A DNA stretch of 64,000 nucleotides from Eubacteriales bacterium (GCA_045596925.1 JAZODH010000058.1:5791-69790), one strand, 5' to 3'; positions 17,543 to 25,482 are shown, counted from the stretch's first letter. The notes: a model not told the origin generated them from the letters alone. Made by a program: numbers and translations.

Positions 17543-17551
17543 ATTATACCA
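17543..17551 (-). promoter_or_regulatory. Extended -10 element (TGGTATAAT) upstream of ferredoxin
   Basis: Minus-strand TGGTATAAT with no clear -35. Confidence 0.35.
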
Positions 17552-17666
17552 TGAAGCAAAAATGTGTGCTTGCACAGACATTTTTGCGAAGCCGTCAAGG
17601 GCGCAGCCGCATGAAATGCGGGAGGGCAACGCCCAAGTGCTTGTGTAAACAAGCTCCTCTGCGTTC

Positions 17667-17694
17667 ATTATATCACGTTTGAAAAAAAATTCAA
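17667..17694 (-). promoter_or_regulatory. Candidate promoter TTGAAT-16-TATAAT in front of a structured about 105-nt segment
   Basis: Minus strand: TTGAAT (17694-17689), 16-nt spacer, TATAAT (17672-17667). Confidence 0.4.
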
Positions 17695-17727
17695 CCGTTT
17701 TTTGCAAAATACCATAATTTTTTGCCC

Positions 17728-19152
17728 TTACTTGCTCCGATCGGGCTCTTCCGTGCTCTGTGCTTGAGTCTTGGGAGATTTGATCACCGTCACAAGCTTC
17801 TTGTCGTAGAACTTGGGAGGAGCGTCCTTGTCGTTGATCTTTACCTTGACCAGACCCGCGATAGGATTGATCTCGATAACCGTACCGATACCGTCCTCGG
17901 TCTTGACCGTAGAATCAAGGGCAGGCATGAGCTTTATCTCCGCCTGGTATGCCTCGTGCTCGTAGCGCAGACAACACATGAGTCGTCCGCAGGTGCCCGA
18001 GATCTTGGTGGAGTTCAGGGAAAGATTCTGTTCCTTTGCCATCTTGATCGACACCTGCACAAAATCCGACAGGAACGTATGACAGCAGAAGGGACGTCCG
18101 CAAACGCCCAGACCGCCGATAGTCTTTGCTTCGTCGCGGATACCTATCTGACGCAGTTCGATCCTGGTACGGAATACCGACGCCAGATCCTTTACAAGCT
18201 CACGGAAGTCAACGCGTCCGTCGCTGGTAAAATAGAACAGAAGCTTTGAGCAGTCAAAAGTATATTCAACGTCCACCAGCTTCATTTCCAGCTTGTGATC
18301 CGCTATCTTCTTCATGCAGATGGTGAAAGCCTCTTCCTCTTTTTTGGTGTTCTCGGCATGCTTTTGATCATCTTCCTTCGTGGCCGCGCGTACCACCTGG
18401 CGCAGAGGAGGAACTATCTCGCTCTCGTCCACCTGGGTGTTACCCACCACAACGTAGCCGTATTCAAGACCTCTTGCGGTCTCCACCACCGCGTGGTCGC
18501 CGTTTTTGAGGGTTATCTCACCCGGCGCAAAATAATAGACCTTGCCCGCGCCGCGGAATCTGATGCCCACCACGTCAACGGGGTGCTCGGGGGGCTTCTT
18601 TTCGTAGGTGATAGGCTCGGGAAGCTCAGCCGGCTCAATGTCGTCCTCAACAGGCTCGGGATCGTAATCCGAACCGATGGTCAAAGAGTAATTGGTATAT
18701 CCAAGCTCGTTTTCTGCCGTGGAAATATCGTTTTCTTCGGTCTTAACGGGCTTTTCTTCTCTGTTCTGTCTGTCGGGACGTCTGTCAGAACGATGACGGT
18801 TTCTTCTGTTGCGGTTATTTCTGTTGTTTCTGCCGTTTCTTTGTCCGTCTCCACCCTCACGACCTTGCTTGTTCTCGCCGTTGCGGGGAGCTTCCGCCTC
18901 GTTTTTCTGAGGTGCGTCCTTTTTGGAAGCAGATGCATCAGCCATAAAGGAAAAGGCGTCGTCTGCCGAGCGAGTCTTTATACCGCCCTGATCTCCCTCG
19001 TTGTTTCTGTTCTGATTTTTATGGGGCTTTTTGCCGTAAAAGGGCCTGCCGTGTCTCTTGTTGCGGGGTCTGTTTTCCCCTTCGGCTCCTTTGGGCTTAT
19101 TTTCATTATCCATATTTGCTTTTTTATCCTTTCCGCGGCGGTCTTTTCCCAC
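17728..19152 (-). CDS. yaaT: PSP1-domain protein YaaT/RicT with a long basic low-complexity N-terminal extension
   Basis: The PSP1 core begins around VVGIRFRGAGKVYYFAPGE and carries the cysteine-rich CGRPFCC / CGRLMCC motifs. The first about 190 aa are R/N/K/G/E/P-rich. The track start 19152 is GTG, and ATG 19113 is an alternative. Confidence 0.85.
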   Translation of the reverse strand: MGKDRRGKDKKANMDNENKPKGAEGENRPRNKRHGRPFYGKKPHKNQNRNNEGDQGGIKTRSADDAFSFMADASASKKDAPQKNEAEAPRNGENKQGREGGDGQRNGRNNRNNRNRRNRHRSDRRPDRQNREEKPVKTEENDISTAENELGYTNYSLTIGSDYDPEPVEDDIEPAELPEPITYEKKPPEHPVDVVGIRFRGAGKVYYFAPGEITLKNGDHAVVETARGLEYGYVVVGNTQVDESEIVPPLRQVVRAATKEDDQKHAENTKKEEEAFTICMKKIADHKLEMKLVDVEYTFDCSKLLFYFTSDGRVDFRELVKDLASVFRTRIELRQIGIRDEAKTIGGLGVCGRPFCCHTFLSDFVQVSIKMAKEQNLSLNSTKISGTCGRLMCCLRYEHEAYQAEIKLMPALDSTVKTEDGIGTVIEINPIAGLVKVKINDKDAPPKFYDKKLVTVIKSPKTQAQSTEEPDRSK

Positions 19153-19155
19153 CGT

Positions 19156-20196
19156 TTATATGAGCTTGCACTTTGCGGCAAGCGAAAAAAGTATAAGTCT
19201 TACGTTTCCGTTGGCAGAGGTCAGGTCAACAGCCTCCTCCACCGCGTCAAAAACATCTAAAAGGTCGGAAGTGGCGAGAGCAAAAGACACGTCCTCAGCC
19301 TCTTCCCTTGAGGAGTAGAAGCAAAGCTCGCCCTCATCGCTCTTTTTTGCCACGATAAGGTCTCGCAGAGCAAGCCTTATCTGTTCAAGACAGAGCAAGA
19401 TCTCGTCTCTTTTCTGCGGAAGTCTTGAGATAAGCTGCGCTCCCGCGCGGGGAGAACGACTCTCAAGTGCCGAGATAAACTCTCGCGCCAGATCGCGTCT
19501 GGCAATGATCGGCTCACGCTTTTTTTCATCCAGAAGCTCAAGCGCCTGCCCGATGCTTCCTGCCGCCACCGTAAGAATATCCGCAAATTCCTGCGGGAAA
19601 TTTTTGCGCAATTCCTTTGCCTCGTCGTCCGCCGAGCAGATATATCCTTCAACCTCGCTTGCCGTCAGGCGTTGCATATTGAGTCGGGGTGCACGGCTTC
19701 TCACCGTCTCAAGCAACGCACCGCTGTCCTCACAAAGAAGCAGGAAAACAACGTAAGGAGGCGGTGATTCAAGGGTCAGAAGAAAGGCGTTTTGCGCCTG
19801 CGAATTCATTGTATGAGCATCTTCGATCGCATAGACCTTGCAGTCGGTGTCGTTTGGCAAAAGACGCACGTCCTCACGAAGAGAGCGGATGATATCCACA
19901 CCCATCTGCGCCTTCGAGGGATCTTTTTTAACGAATATCAGGTCGGGAGAATTGCCCGAAAGTATCTTTTTGCAGCTTGGGCAAAGTCCGCAAGGGAGAG
20001 GCAGGTCGCCATCGTCCTTTTTCTCGCAGGAAAGGGCCGCCGCCACCTGATATGCCAAAGTGTGCTTACCGCTTCCCTTCGCGCCTTCGATAATATACGC
20101 GTGGGAAAGCCCGTGGCCGAGAATGTCCGTCGCCAATCGCTCACGGAGCGCTTTATTGCCCGCCAAAGCCGGAAATGCCGTTTTCAATCCTCGCAC
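19156..20196 (-). CDS. holB: DNA polymerase III subunit delta' (HolB)
   Basis: 346 aa. HAYIIEGAKGSGKHT P-loop-like motif, a Cys-rich CGLCPSC zinc module, and SRAPRL (the SRC-like sensor position). GTG start. Confidence 0.8.
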   Translation of the reverse strand: MRGLKTAFPALAGNKALRERLATDILGHGLSHAYIIEGAKGSGKHTLAYQVAAALSCEKKDDGDLPLPCGLCPSCKKILSGNSPDLIFVKKDPSKAQMGVDIIRSLREDVRLLPNDTDCKVYAIEDAHTMNSQAQNAFLLTLESPPPYVVFLLLCEDSGALLETVRSRAPRLNMQRLTASEVEGYICSADDEAKELRKNFPQEFADILTVAAGSIGQALELLDEKKREPIIARRDLAREFISALESRSPRAGAQLISRLPQKRDEILLCLEQIRLALRDLIVAKKSDEGELCFYSSREEAEDVSFALATSDLLDVFDAVEEAVDLTSANGNVRLILFSLAAKCKLI

Positions 20197-20225
20197 CCTT
20201 TCGTTTTTATTTTTTGCCGATTCTA

Positions 20226-20254
20226 ATTATATCAAAAAAAAAACGTAATGTCAA
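20226..20254 (-). promoter_or_regulatory. Consensus promoter of holB-yaaT with a T10 tract in the spacer
   Basis: Minus strand: TTGACA (20254-20249), 17-nt spacer containing T10 (A10 at 20234-20243 on +), TATAAT (20231-20226). Confidence 0.6.
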
Positions 20255-20327
20255 GTGCCGCTAAAAAACGCACGGCGAAAGAGATAATAAACCCCTCGGT
20301 CATTTTCACCAAATCGCAAAAAACCAC

Positions 20328-20356
20328 TTGCAAAGGCTTTTCAAGTATGGTAGAAT
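20328..20356 (+). promoter_or_regulatory. Candidate promoter of the cohesin/dockerin gene
   Basis: TTGCAA 20328-20333, 17-nt spacer ending TGG, TAGAAT 20351-20356. Confidence 0.55.
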
Positions 20357-20393
20357 AGGCTGAATTGTTATATAAAATATGGGAAAGGGTTTT

Positions 20394-23300
20394 ATGGCTC
20401 GGAACATGACAAGGAAATCACGTATTCATACCTTTATTTTTTTGCTTATGCTGATAGCTTCCGTTTTTGCGGCAACCGTCTTTGCGAACAGCGCCGACGG
20501 AACCATCTCGGTCACTTCATCAGATATAACCAGCGGAAAGGTCACCGCCACGGTGAAAATTTCGGGCAACCCCGGCATTTCGGGCATGAGCCTGAAGCTT
20601 TCCTTTGACCACACGAAGCTGACACCCGTGTCCTTTGACACGTCAAAGGGTATATACTCCGAGGCATACTCAAACGTTACCGAGGATGGCGCAGACCTGA
20701 CGGCAATGGATGCTGTCACCTATTTCTTCGCATCTTCCGACGATATCAAAAAGGACGGCGAGCTTTTCAGCGTCACCTTCAGTGTATCGGAGGCGGCGGT
20801 GGGCACCACCGACCTCAGCATCTCCTTTGCACAGGGTGGCGTGACCAACTCAAAGTATGAAAACCTCAACCCCGACGTGTCGGGCTGCACCATCGACATT
20901 TCAAGCGCAAGATACCCCGCGGGCGTTATAACTCTTGAGAGCGAGCACCTGGGGCTTGATTACTACCGCGTCAACGTGGGTCTTTACGGCAATCCCGGTA
21001 TTGCGGCGCTCAGATTCAAGCTGGTGCTTTCAAATTCTATCGTCGTCCGCTCCGTGGACTTTGACGGCATATTTGATAAGGTCACCTCAAACTCCACTCA
21101 GCCCGGCGTGACCCTTTCGAGCCTTCATGACATCACATACAACTACACAAACACCGAAAATTCAACAAAAACGGGTAAGCTTTTCAGCTTCACCTTCCGC
21201 CTGGTCGACGGCTTCGGTCGGGTAAGCGTATCCTATGCAAACGGAGATATCGTAAATTCCGAGCTTGAAATGCTCTCTCCCCACAGATCCGCTCTGACCT
21301 TCGGTACACTTGACGTTGCGACCGTTTCCTTTGACGCAAATACAGATCTGTCCCTGAACGACGAGACCCCTGCGGAGATCACGTTCGTCAAAAACGGATA
21401 CATCACTCTTCCCTTCTGCCCCGAGCGTGAAGACAAGGCGTATTTCCTCGGTTGGTCGGAATCAAAGAATGCCACATCTGCCGCCTATAAGCCCGGAGAA
21501 AAATACCTTGTCACACAGGACGTGACTCTTTACGCCGTCTGGACGGTCAGGACCTACACGGTGACCTACAACGCAAACGGCGGGTCAAACGCCCCTGCCA
21601 CGCAGACCAAGGTCCACGGCGCTCCCATAACCCTTTCAAGCGCGATACCTACAAGAGCCAATTACGATTTTGTGGGCTGGTCGGCGCTCAAAAACGGCAC
21701 GGCGGCGGATTACGCGGCAGGTGACGTTTTCGCCGAGAACGTTTCAGTCACCCTTTACGCCGTTTGGCGTCCCCATGAATATAAAATAATCTTTGATGCA
21801 AACAGCGGCGCAAACGCGCCTGCGCCTGCTACAAAATTCTACGGCACCGATATAACTCTCCCCGCGGAGATCCCCTCAAAGCCGGGCTTCGGATTTGCGG
21901 GTTGGTCTGACACTGAAACGGGCAGCGCAAAATATCTCCCCGGCGCGACCTACGCAGCAAACGGGAACGCTACTCTCTACGCCGTTTGGACAAGCGACAA
22001 GTACGACGTCACCTTTGACGCAAACGGAGGAACAGGCGCGCCCGCAGTACAATCTCCGGCACAGACTTTCGATCTTTTCCTACCTCTGACCACCCCCGAA
22101 AAGATCGGCTACTCCTTCCTTGGCTGGTCCGAGTCAAAGAGTGCGACCACGGCCGACTACAAGCCGGGCGACGTATTCTCAAAGAAGACCTCAACGACCC
22201 TTTTCGCAGTATGGGAGATCGCAAAATACACCGTAACCTTTGACGTAAACGGAGGCGAGGGCAGCTTTACTCCTCTCACCTTCAGCTTCGGCGGCTCGGC
22301 AACGCTTCCCACCGCAGCCCCCACAAAAACCGGATTCGATTTTCTTGGCTGGGCGGAAAGTCCCGATGCCGTGACGGCGGAATATACCTCGGGCTCCGCC
22401 TACGCGTACAACCGCTCCGCTACCCTCTATGCAGTCTGGAGCGCGCATAAATATAAGGTAACCTTTGTGGCAAACGGCGGAACGAATGCACCCGCCGCAC
22501 AGTACAAGCTCCACAATACAGACCTTCGTCTGTCCGCCGTGAAGCCCATCATGGAGGGCTACGTTTTCCTTGGCTGGGCAGAGAGTACCGACGCTCTTGA
22601 GCCTGCTTACAAGGCGGGCACCCTTTACACGGAAAACAGAGATATCACTCTCTACGCCCTGTGGACCCCTGCCACCTACACGGTCACCTACGACATCAAC
22701 GGCGGTAACAGCGGAACGGTGGGTACAGAAGAAAAGATCCACGGAAAGCCCCTGGTCATCGCTTCCTTCTTCCCCACGAAAACAGGCTACACCTTCCTGG
22801 GCTGGGCATATTCCCCCGATGCTCTGACTCCCGATTTCAAGGCAGGCGATCTCTACCGCGAGGAGGCGGACGTGACCCTTTACGCCGTCTGGACGGCAAA
22901 GGAATACACGGTAACATACGATGCAAACGGCGGCACGCTTGCCCCCGGAGCACAAAAGAAGCCCCACGGTGCAACCCTCACCTTAGTAAACGTCAAGCCC
23001 GAGTACAAAGGCTACGTCTTTATCGGCTGGTCTACCGCCCCTGACGGAACGACGGTCGAATACCTGCCGGGTGACCTGTACAACGACGACGCCGATCTTA
23101 CCCTCTACGCCACCTGGTGCGAGGAAGCAAGCGCGTTAAACACTCAACTGAACGTAAGATCAATGGGAGGCGGCAAGGTGAAGGTGGAGATCCTTCTGAC
23201 CTCGAACCCCGGAATCACCTCCCTGTCCCTCAGACTTGATTTTGACCGCACCAAGGTCAAGCTGGTCGAGATCGCCTCAAACGAGGACGACGAGCCGGAA

Positions 23301-23747
23301 AGCGTGCTCAACGGTCTTTTCGTTAATTTCAATATCGATAATATCCCCGACAACACAAGCTATATCAATCTGGGTTGGTCAAGCTCCTCAAACAGAAAGG
23401 CAACCGGCGTGATACTCAGCGCTACATTTGAGGTTCTTTGCCCGGTGGGTGACAGCACGGACTTCTCCTTAAGTCTCGTGAAGGACACCATAAACGCAAG
23501 CGGAAAGAAGGTGCCCACGGGCGTGGACAAGGTAACCTTCACAGTCCCCGATTACCTGCCCGGCGATCTGAATGACGACGGCACGATCAACGCAAAGGAC
23601 AGCGTTCTGCTGGCCCAGTTCCTTGCAAATTGGGACGTTGAGCTTAACGAGGATGCCGCCGACTGCAACGGCGACGGGGTCATCAACGCAATAGACAGCG
23701 TTCTGCTGGCCCAGTTCCTTGCAAACTGGGACGTTTCGCTGGGTTGA
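20394..23747 (+). CDS. Secreted scaffoldin-like protein: 2 cohesin-like modules, 8 Listeria-Bacteroides (Flg_new/InlB-B-type) repeats, a third cohesin-like module, C-terminal dockerin
   Basis: Signal peptide MARNMTRKSRIHTFIFLLMLIASVFAATVFA. Module evidence is given in the sub-features. ATG 20394 follows GGGAAAGGG, and the track ORF begins at ATG 20379. Confidence 0.85.
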   Translation: MARNMTRKSRIHTFIFLLMLIASVFAATVFANSADGTISVTSSDITSGKVTATVKISGNPGISGMSLKLSFDHTKLTPVSFDTSKGIYSEAYSNVTEDGADLTAMDAVTYFFASSDDIKKDGELFSVTFSVSEAAVGTTDLSISFAQGGVTNSKYENLNPDVSGCTIDISSARYPAGVITLESEHLGLDYYRVNVGLYGNPGIAALRFKLVLSNSIVVRSVDFDGIFDKVTSNSTQPGVTLSSLHDITYNYTNTENSTKTGKLFSFTFRLVDGFGRVSVSYANGDIVNSELEMLSPHRSALTFGTLDVATVSFDANTDLSLNDETPAEITFVKNGYITLPFCPEREDKAYFLGWSESKNATSAAYKPGEKYLVTQDVTLYAVWTVRTYTVTYNANGGSNAPATQTKVHGAPITLSSAIPTRANYDFVGWSALKNGTAADYAAGDVFAENVSVTLYAVWRPHEYKIIFDANSGANAPAPATKFYGTDITLPAEIPSKPGFGFAGWSDTETGSAKYLPGATYAANGNATLYAVWTSDKYDVTFDANGGTGAPAVQSPAQTFDLFLPLTTPEKIGYSFLGWSESKSATTADYKPGDVFSKKTSTTLFAVWEIAKYTVTFDVNGGEGSFTPLTFSFGGSATLPTAAPTKTGFDFLGWAESPDAVTAEYTSGSAYAYNRSATLYAVWSAHKYKVTFVANGGTNAPAAQYKLHNTDLRLSAVKPIMEGYVFLGWAESTDALEPAYKAGTLYTENRDITLYALWTPATYTVTYDINGGNSGTVGTEEKIHGKPLVIASFFPTKTGYTFLGWAYSPDALTPDFKAGDLYREEADVTLYAVWTAKEYTVTYDANGGTLAPGAQKKPHGATLTLVNVKPEYKGYVFIGWSTAPDGTTVEYLPGDLYNDDADLTLYATWCEEASALNTQLNVRSMGGGKVKVEILLTSNPGITSLSLRLDFDRTKVKLVEIASNEDDEPESVLNGLFVNFNIDNIPDNTSYINLGWSSSSNRKATGVILSATFEVLCPVGDSTDFSLSLVKDTINASGKKVPTGVDKVTFTVPDYLPGDLNDDGTINAKDSVLLAQFLANWDVELNEDAADCNGDGVINAIDSVLLAQFLANWDVSLG
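20499..20903 (+). other. Cohesin-like module 1
   Basis: GKVTATVKISGNPGISGMSLKLSFDHTKLTPVSFD ... DGELFSVTFSVSEAAVGTTDLSISF. This shows the cohesin-style beta-sandwich pattern (V.V.I....GI.....L.FD...L). Confidence 0.55.
20922..21317 (+). other. Cohesin-like module 2
   Basis: YYRVNVGLYGNPGIAALRFKLVLSNSIVVRSVDFD ... GKLFSFTFRLVDG shows the same pattern as module 1. Confidence 0.5.
21321..23117 (+). repeat. Eight in-frame tandem coding repeats of about 225 bp (about 75 aa)
   Basis: Units start near 21321, 21555, 21780, 22002, 22227, 22452, 22677 and 22905. Each reads Y.V.F/Y.ANGG..AP......G....LP...P...GY.F.GW.......Y..G........TLYAVW. Confidence 0.85.
23136..23546 (+). other. Cohesin-like module 3
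   Basis: GKVKVEILLTSNPGITSLSLRLDFDRTKVKLVEI ... GVILSATFEVLCPVGDSTDFSLSL. Confidence 0.55.
23562..23744 (+). other. Type-I-like dockerin (two Ca-binding F-hand segments)
   Basis: DLNDDGTINAKDSVLLAQFLANW and DCNGDGVINAIDSVLLAQFLANW. The 42-nt DNA segments 23598-23639 and 23694-23735 differ at one base. Confidence 0.8.
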
Positions 23748-23769
23748 ATCGACAATTCAAGCAAATAAA

Positions 23770-23800
23770 AACGGCGGTTTTTACACCGCCGTTTTCTTTT
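23770..23800 (+). terminator. Intrinsic terminator of the scaffoldin-like gene
   Basis: AACGGCGGT (23770-23778) / ACCGCCGTT (23785-23793) followed by TTTTCTTTT. Confidence 0.8.
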
Positions 23801-23928
23801 CGCACTTTGCATATTCATGCATCGCTATTCGTCGAGTTTTTTCTCGTTTTTTCGTTGTTTCTTTTGCATTTTCTCTGTTTTGAACAAATGTAAACTTTCC
23901 TCCGAAAAAGTGCATTTTTGCTCCGTTC

Positions 23929-24011
23929 TGTGGAAAAGTCTGTGGAAACTGTGTAAAACCTCGGTCCAAATTGTCCTGTCCCCCGAGCCACCTTGTGGAA
24001 AAGTGGAAAAA
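23929..24011 (+). promoter_or_regulatory. Cluster of five co-oriented DnaA-box-like 9-mers
   Basis: TGTGGAAAA 23929, TGTGGAAAC 23941, TGTGTAAAA 23950, TGTGGAAAA 23994, GTGGAAAAA 24003. Their reverse complements TTTTCCACA / TTTTACACA fit the relaxed DnaA box TTWTNCACA. Confidence 0.35.
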
Positions 24012-24092
24012 CCTGTTTAAAACTTTTTTACAAATAAAATCAAATTCGTGCTTTTGCACAAAAGCACTTTAAGACAGTAAATGAATAAAATT

Positions 24093-24134
24093 CACCCCTA
24101 TGAAAAAGGAGTTTCACAGGGGTGTTTTCTTTTC
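24093..24134. terminator. Bidirectional terminator downstream of the FAD oxidoreductase gene
   Basis: CACCCCT (24093-24099) / AGGGGTG (24118-24124). TTTTCTTTT follows on the + strand and AATTTTATT on the - strand. Confidence 0.65.
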
Positions 24135-25428
24135 AGATTCCCGCCTTTGCCTGGATCTTCTTTACGTCAAGGTCGCGCAGTGCCACGTTTTCTCTAAGCG
24201 ACAGCGCCGCGGCAAGCCCCGCCGCCTCACCGATAGCTATGCAGACCGACATGATCCGAAAGTTTGAGTGTGCCATGTGACTGCCCGAAATGTTTCTGCC
24301 GGACAGGAGGAGACCCTCCACGTTTTTCGGAAGCAGACAGCCGTAAGGAATCGAATATTCACCTTTCTGGGTGAACTTGTGCTGAACGCCCGTTTTGTCC
24401 AGACTTGCGCCCGTCAGATTGTGCACGTCAAAATTGAAATGCCCGCGTCTGACCACCCAGTTGTCGTAGAATTTAGCTTCAAGAATGTCCTCCTTGGTGA
24501 GTGTCTGGAGTCCCTCAAAGTGGCGGGTCTCGCGGATTCCCAGCAGAGACGCCGAGCTCATGAGCCAGCAATTTTCATAACCGGGAACGTACTCACGCAA
24601 AAATTTGATTATATGAGGGATCTGCGAGCGGCAGGTCATAAGCGCCCTTGAAACGCTCTCGGCATCTGTGCCGTCCACTTCGATGGCGTTTGTCATGTTG
24701 CAGACCACCGTACCGGGGGTGGTGTTCCTGTAAAGGAGCACGTGACCCGCAGGGTGTGGCAAAAGCTCCTTGGCAAGCGCCTGAAGCTCGCCCTTCTCGG
24801 TGGGGACCAGAGTCTCAAAAGAACCGGGGATCACGCTGTCCGGCGCAACTCCGCCCACCTTGAACATAAGAGTTGCGGGCTGCATTCTGCCGTCGGTCTC
24901 GCGACCCTTAATATACGGAACTCCCGCATAAGCCGCCACGTCACCGTCACCCGTGGCGTCGATCACACGTTTCGCTTCAATATATCCCCTGCCCGTCTTG
25001 TTCTCCACCGTCACGCCCACGACCCTGCCGTCAACGACGGTGGTATCCACCGCCTTGGTGTAAAAGAGAACGCGGACACACGCTTCTTGCATCATTCGGT
25101 CGAGAGCGATCTTCTGAACTTCATGGTAAATAGTGTTTCTGCCGCAGTCTTTTTGGGTGCACTCGAAATCAAGCTCCTTTTGCAGCTCCTCGCAACGGTC
25201 GTATATCTCGTCCAGAACTTTGCTTGAGGAGCTTCCACCCCAATGGGACATCATGCCCGCGGTGGCAACGCCCCCAAGACAGCCCTCCATTTCAAGAAGC
25301 ATTACGCTGACGCCCTCACGGGCCGCCATGAGCGCCGCACCGATTCCCGCAGGACCTGCGCCCGCGACCAGCACGTCGACCGACGCGATAACGGGTATCT
25401 GTTTGGCTTTTTCTTCATAGTATTTCAT
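24133..25428 (-). CDS. FAD-dependent oxidoreductase (FAD_oxidored/GlcNAc-utilisation-type family)
   Basis: N-terminal dinucleotide fold VDVLVAGAGPAGIGAALMAAREG. 431 aa. Confidence 0.8.
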   Translation of the reverse strand: MKYYEEKAKQIPVIASVDVLVAGAGPAGIGAALMAAREGVSVMLLEMEGCLGGVATAGMMSHWGGSSSSKVLDEIYDRCEELQKELDFECTQKDCGRNTIYHEVQKIALDRMMQEACVRVLFYTKAVDTTVVDGRVVGVTVENKTGRGYIEAKRVIDATGDGDVAAYAGVPYIKGRETDGRMQPATLMFKVGGVAPDSVIPGSFETLVPTEKGELQALAKELLPHPAGHVLLYRNTTPGTVVCNMTNAIEVDGTDAESVSRALMTCRSQIPHIIKFLREYVPGYENCWLMSSASLLGIRETRHFEGLQTLTKEDILEAKFYDNWVVRRGHFNFDVHNLTGASLDKTGVQHKFTQKGEYSIPYGCLLPKNVEGLLLSGRNISGSHMAHSNFRIMSVCIAIGEAAGLAAALSLRENVALRDLDVKKIQAKAGI

Positions 25429-25453
25429 ATTAATCTCCGTATAAAAATTTCTG

Positions 25454-25482
25454 TTGACTTTCCTACGATTAGAGTATATAAT
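25454..25482 (+). promoter_or_regulatory. Candidate promoter of the AraC-family gene
   Basis: TTGACT 25454-25459, 17-nt spacer, TATAAT 25477-25482. Confidence 0.55.

Noticed and set aside
18295-19260. 321-aa + strand ORF antisense to yaaT/holB junction
   Set aside because: It is an antisense shadow of the low-complexity yaaT N-terminal region. It has no start context and its composition is implausible.
21321-23117. Regular about 225-bp periodic repeats, checked as a possible CRISPR or satellite array
   Set aside because: The repeats are in-frame coding units of one long ORF with diverged sequence and no repeat-spacer organisation.
23781-24059. Small ORFs (92 aa on -, 67 aa on +) in the AT-rich spacer after the scaffoldin gene
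   Set aside because: Their odd sequences (FFHFSTRW, LWKSLWKLCK) are simply translations of the repeated TGTGGAAA motifs. Neither has an RBS, so I treated the region as non-coding.
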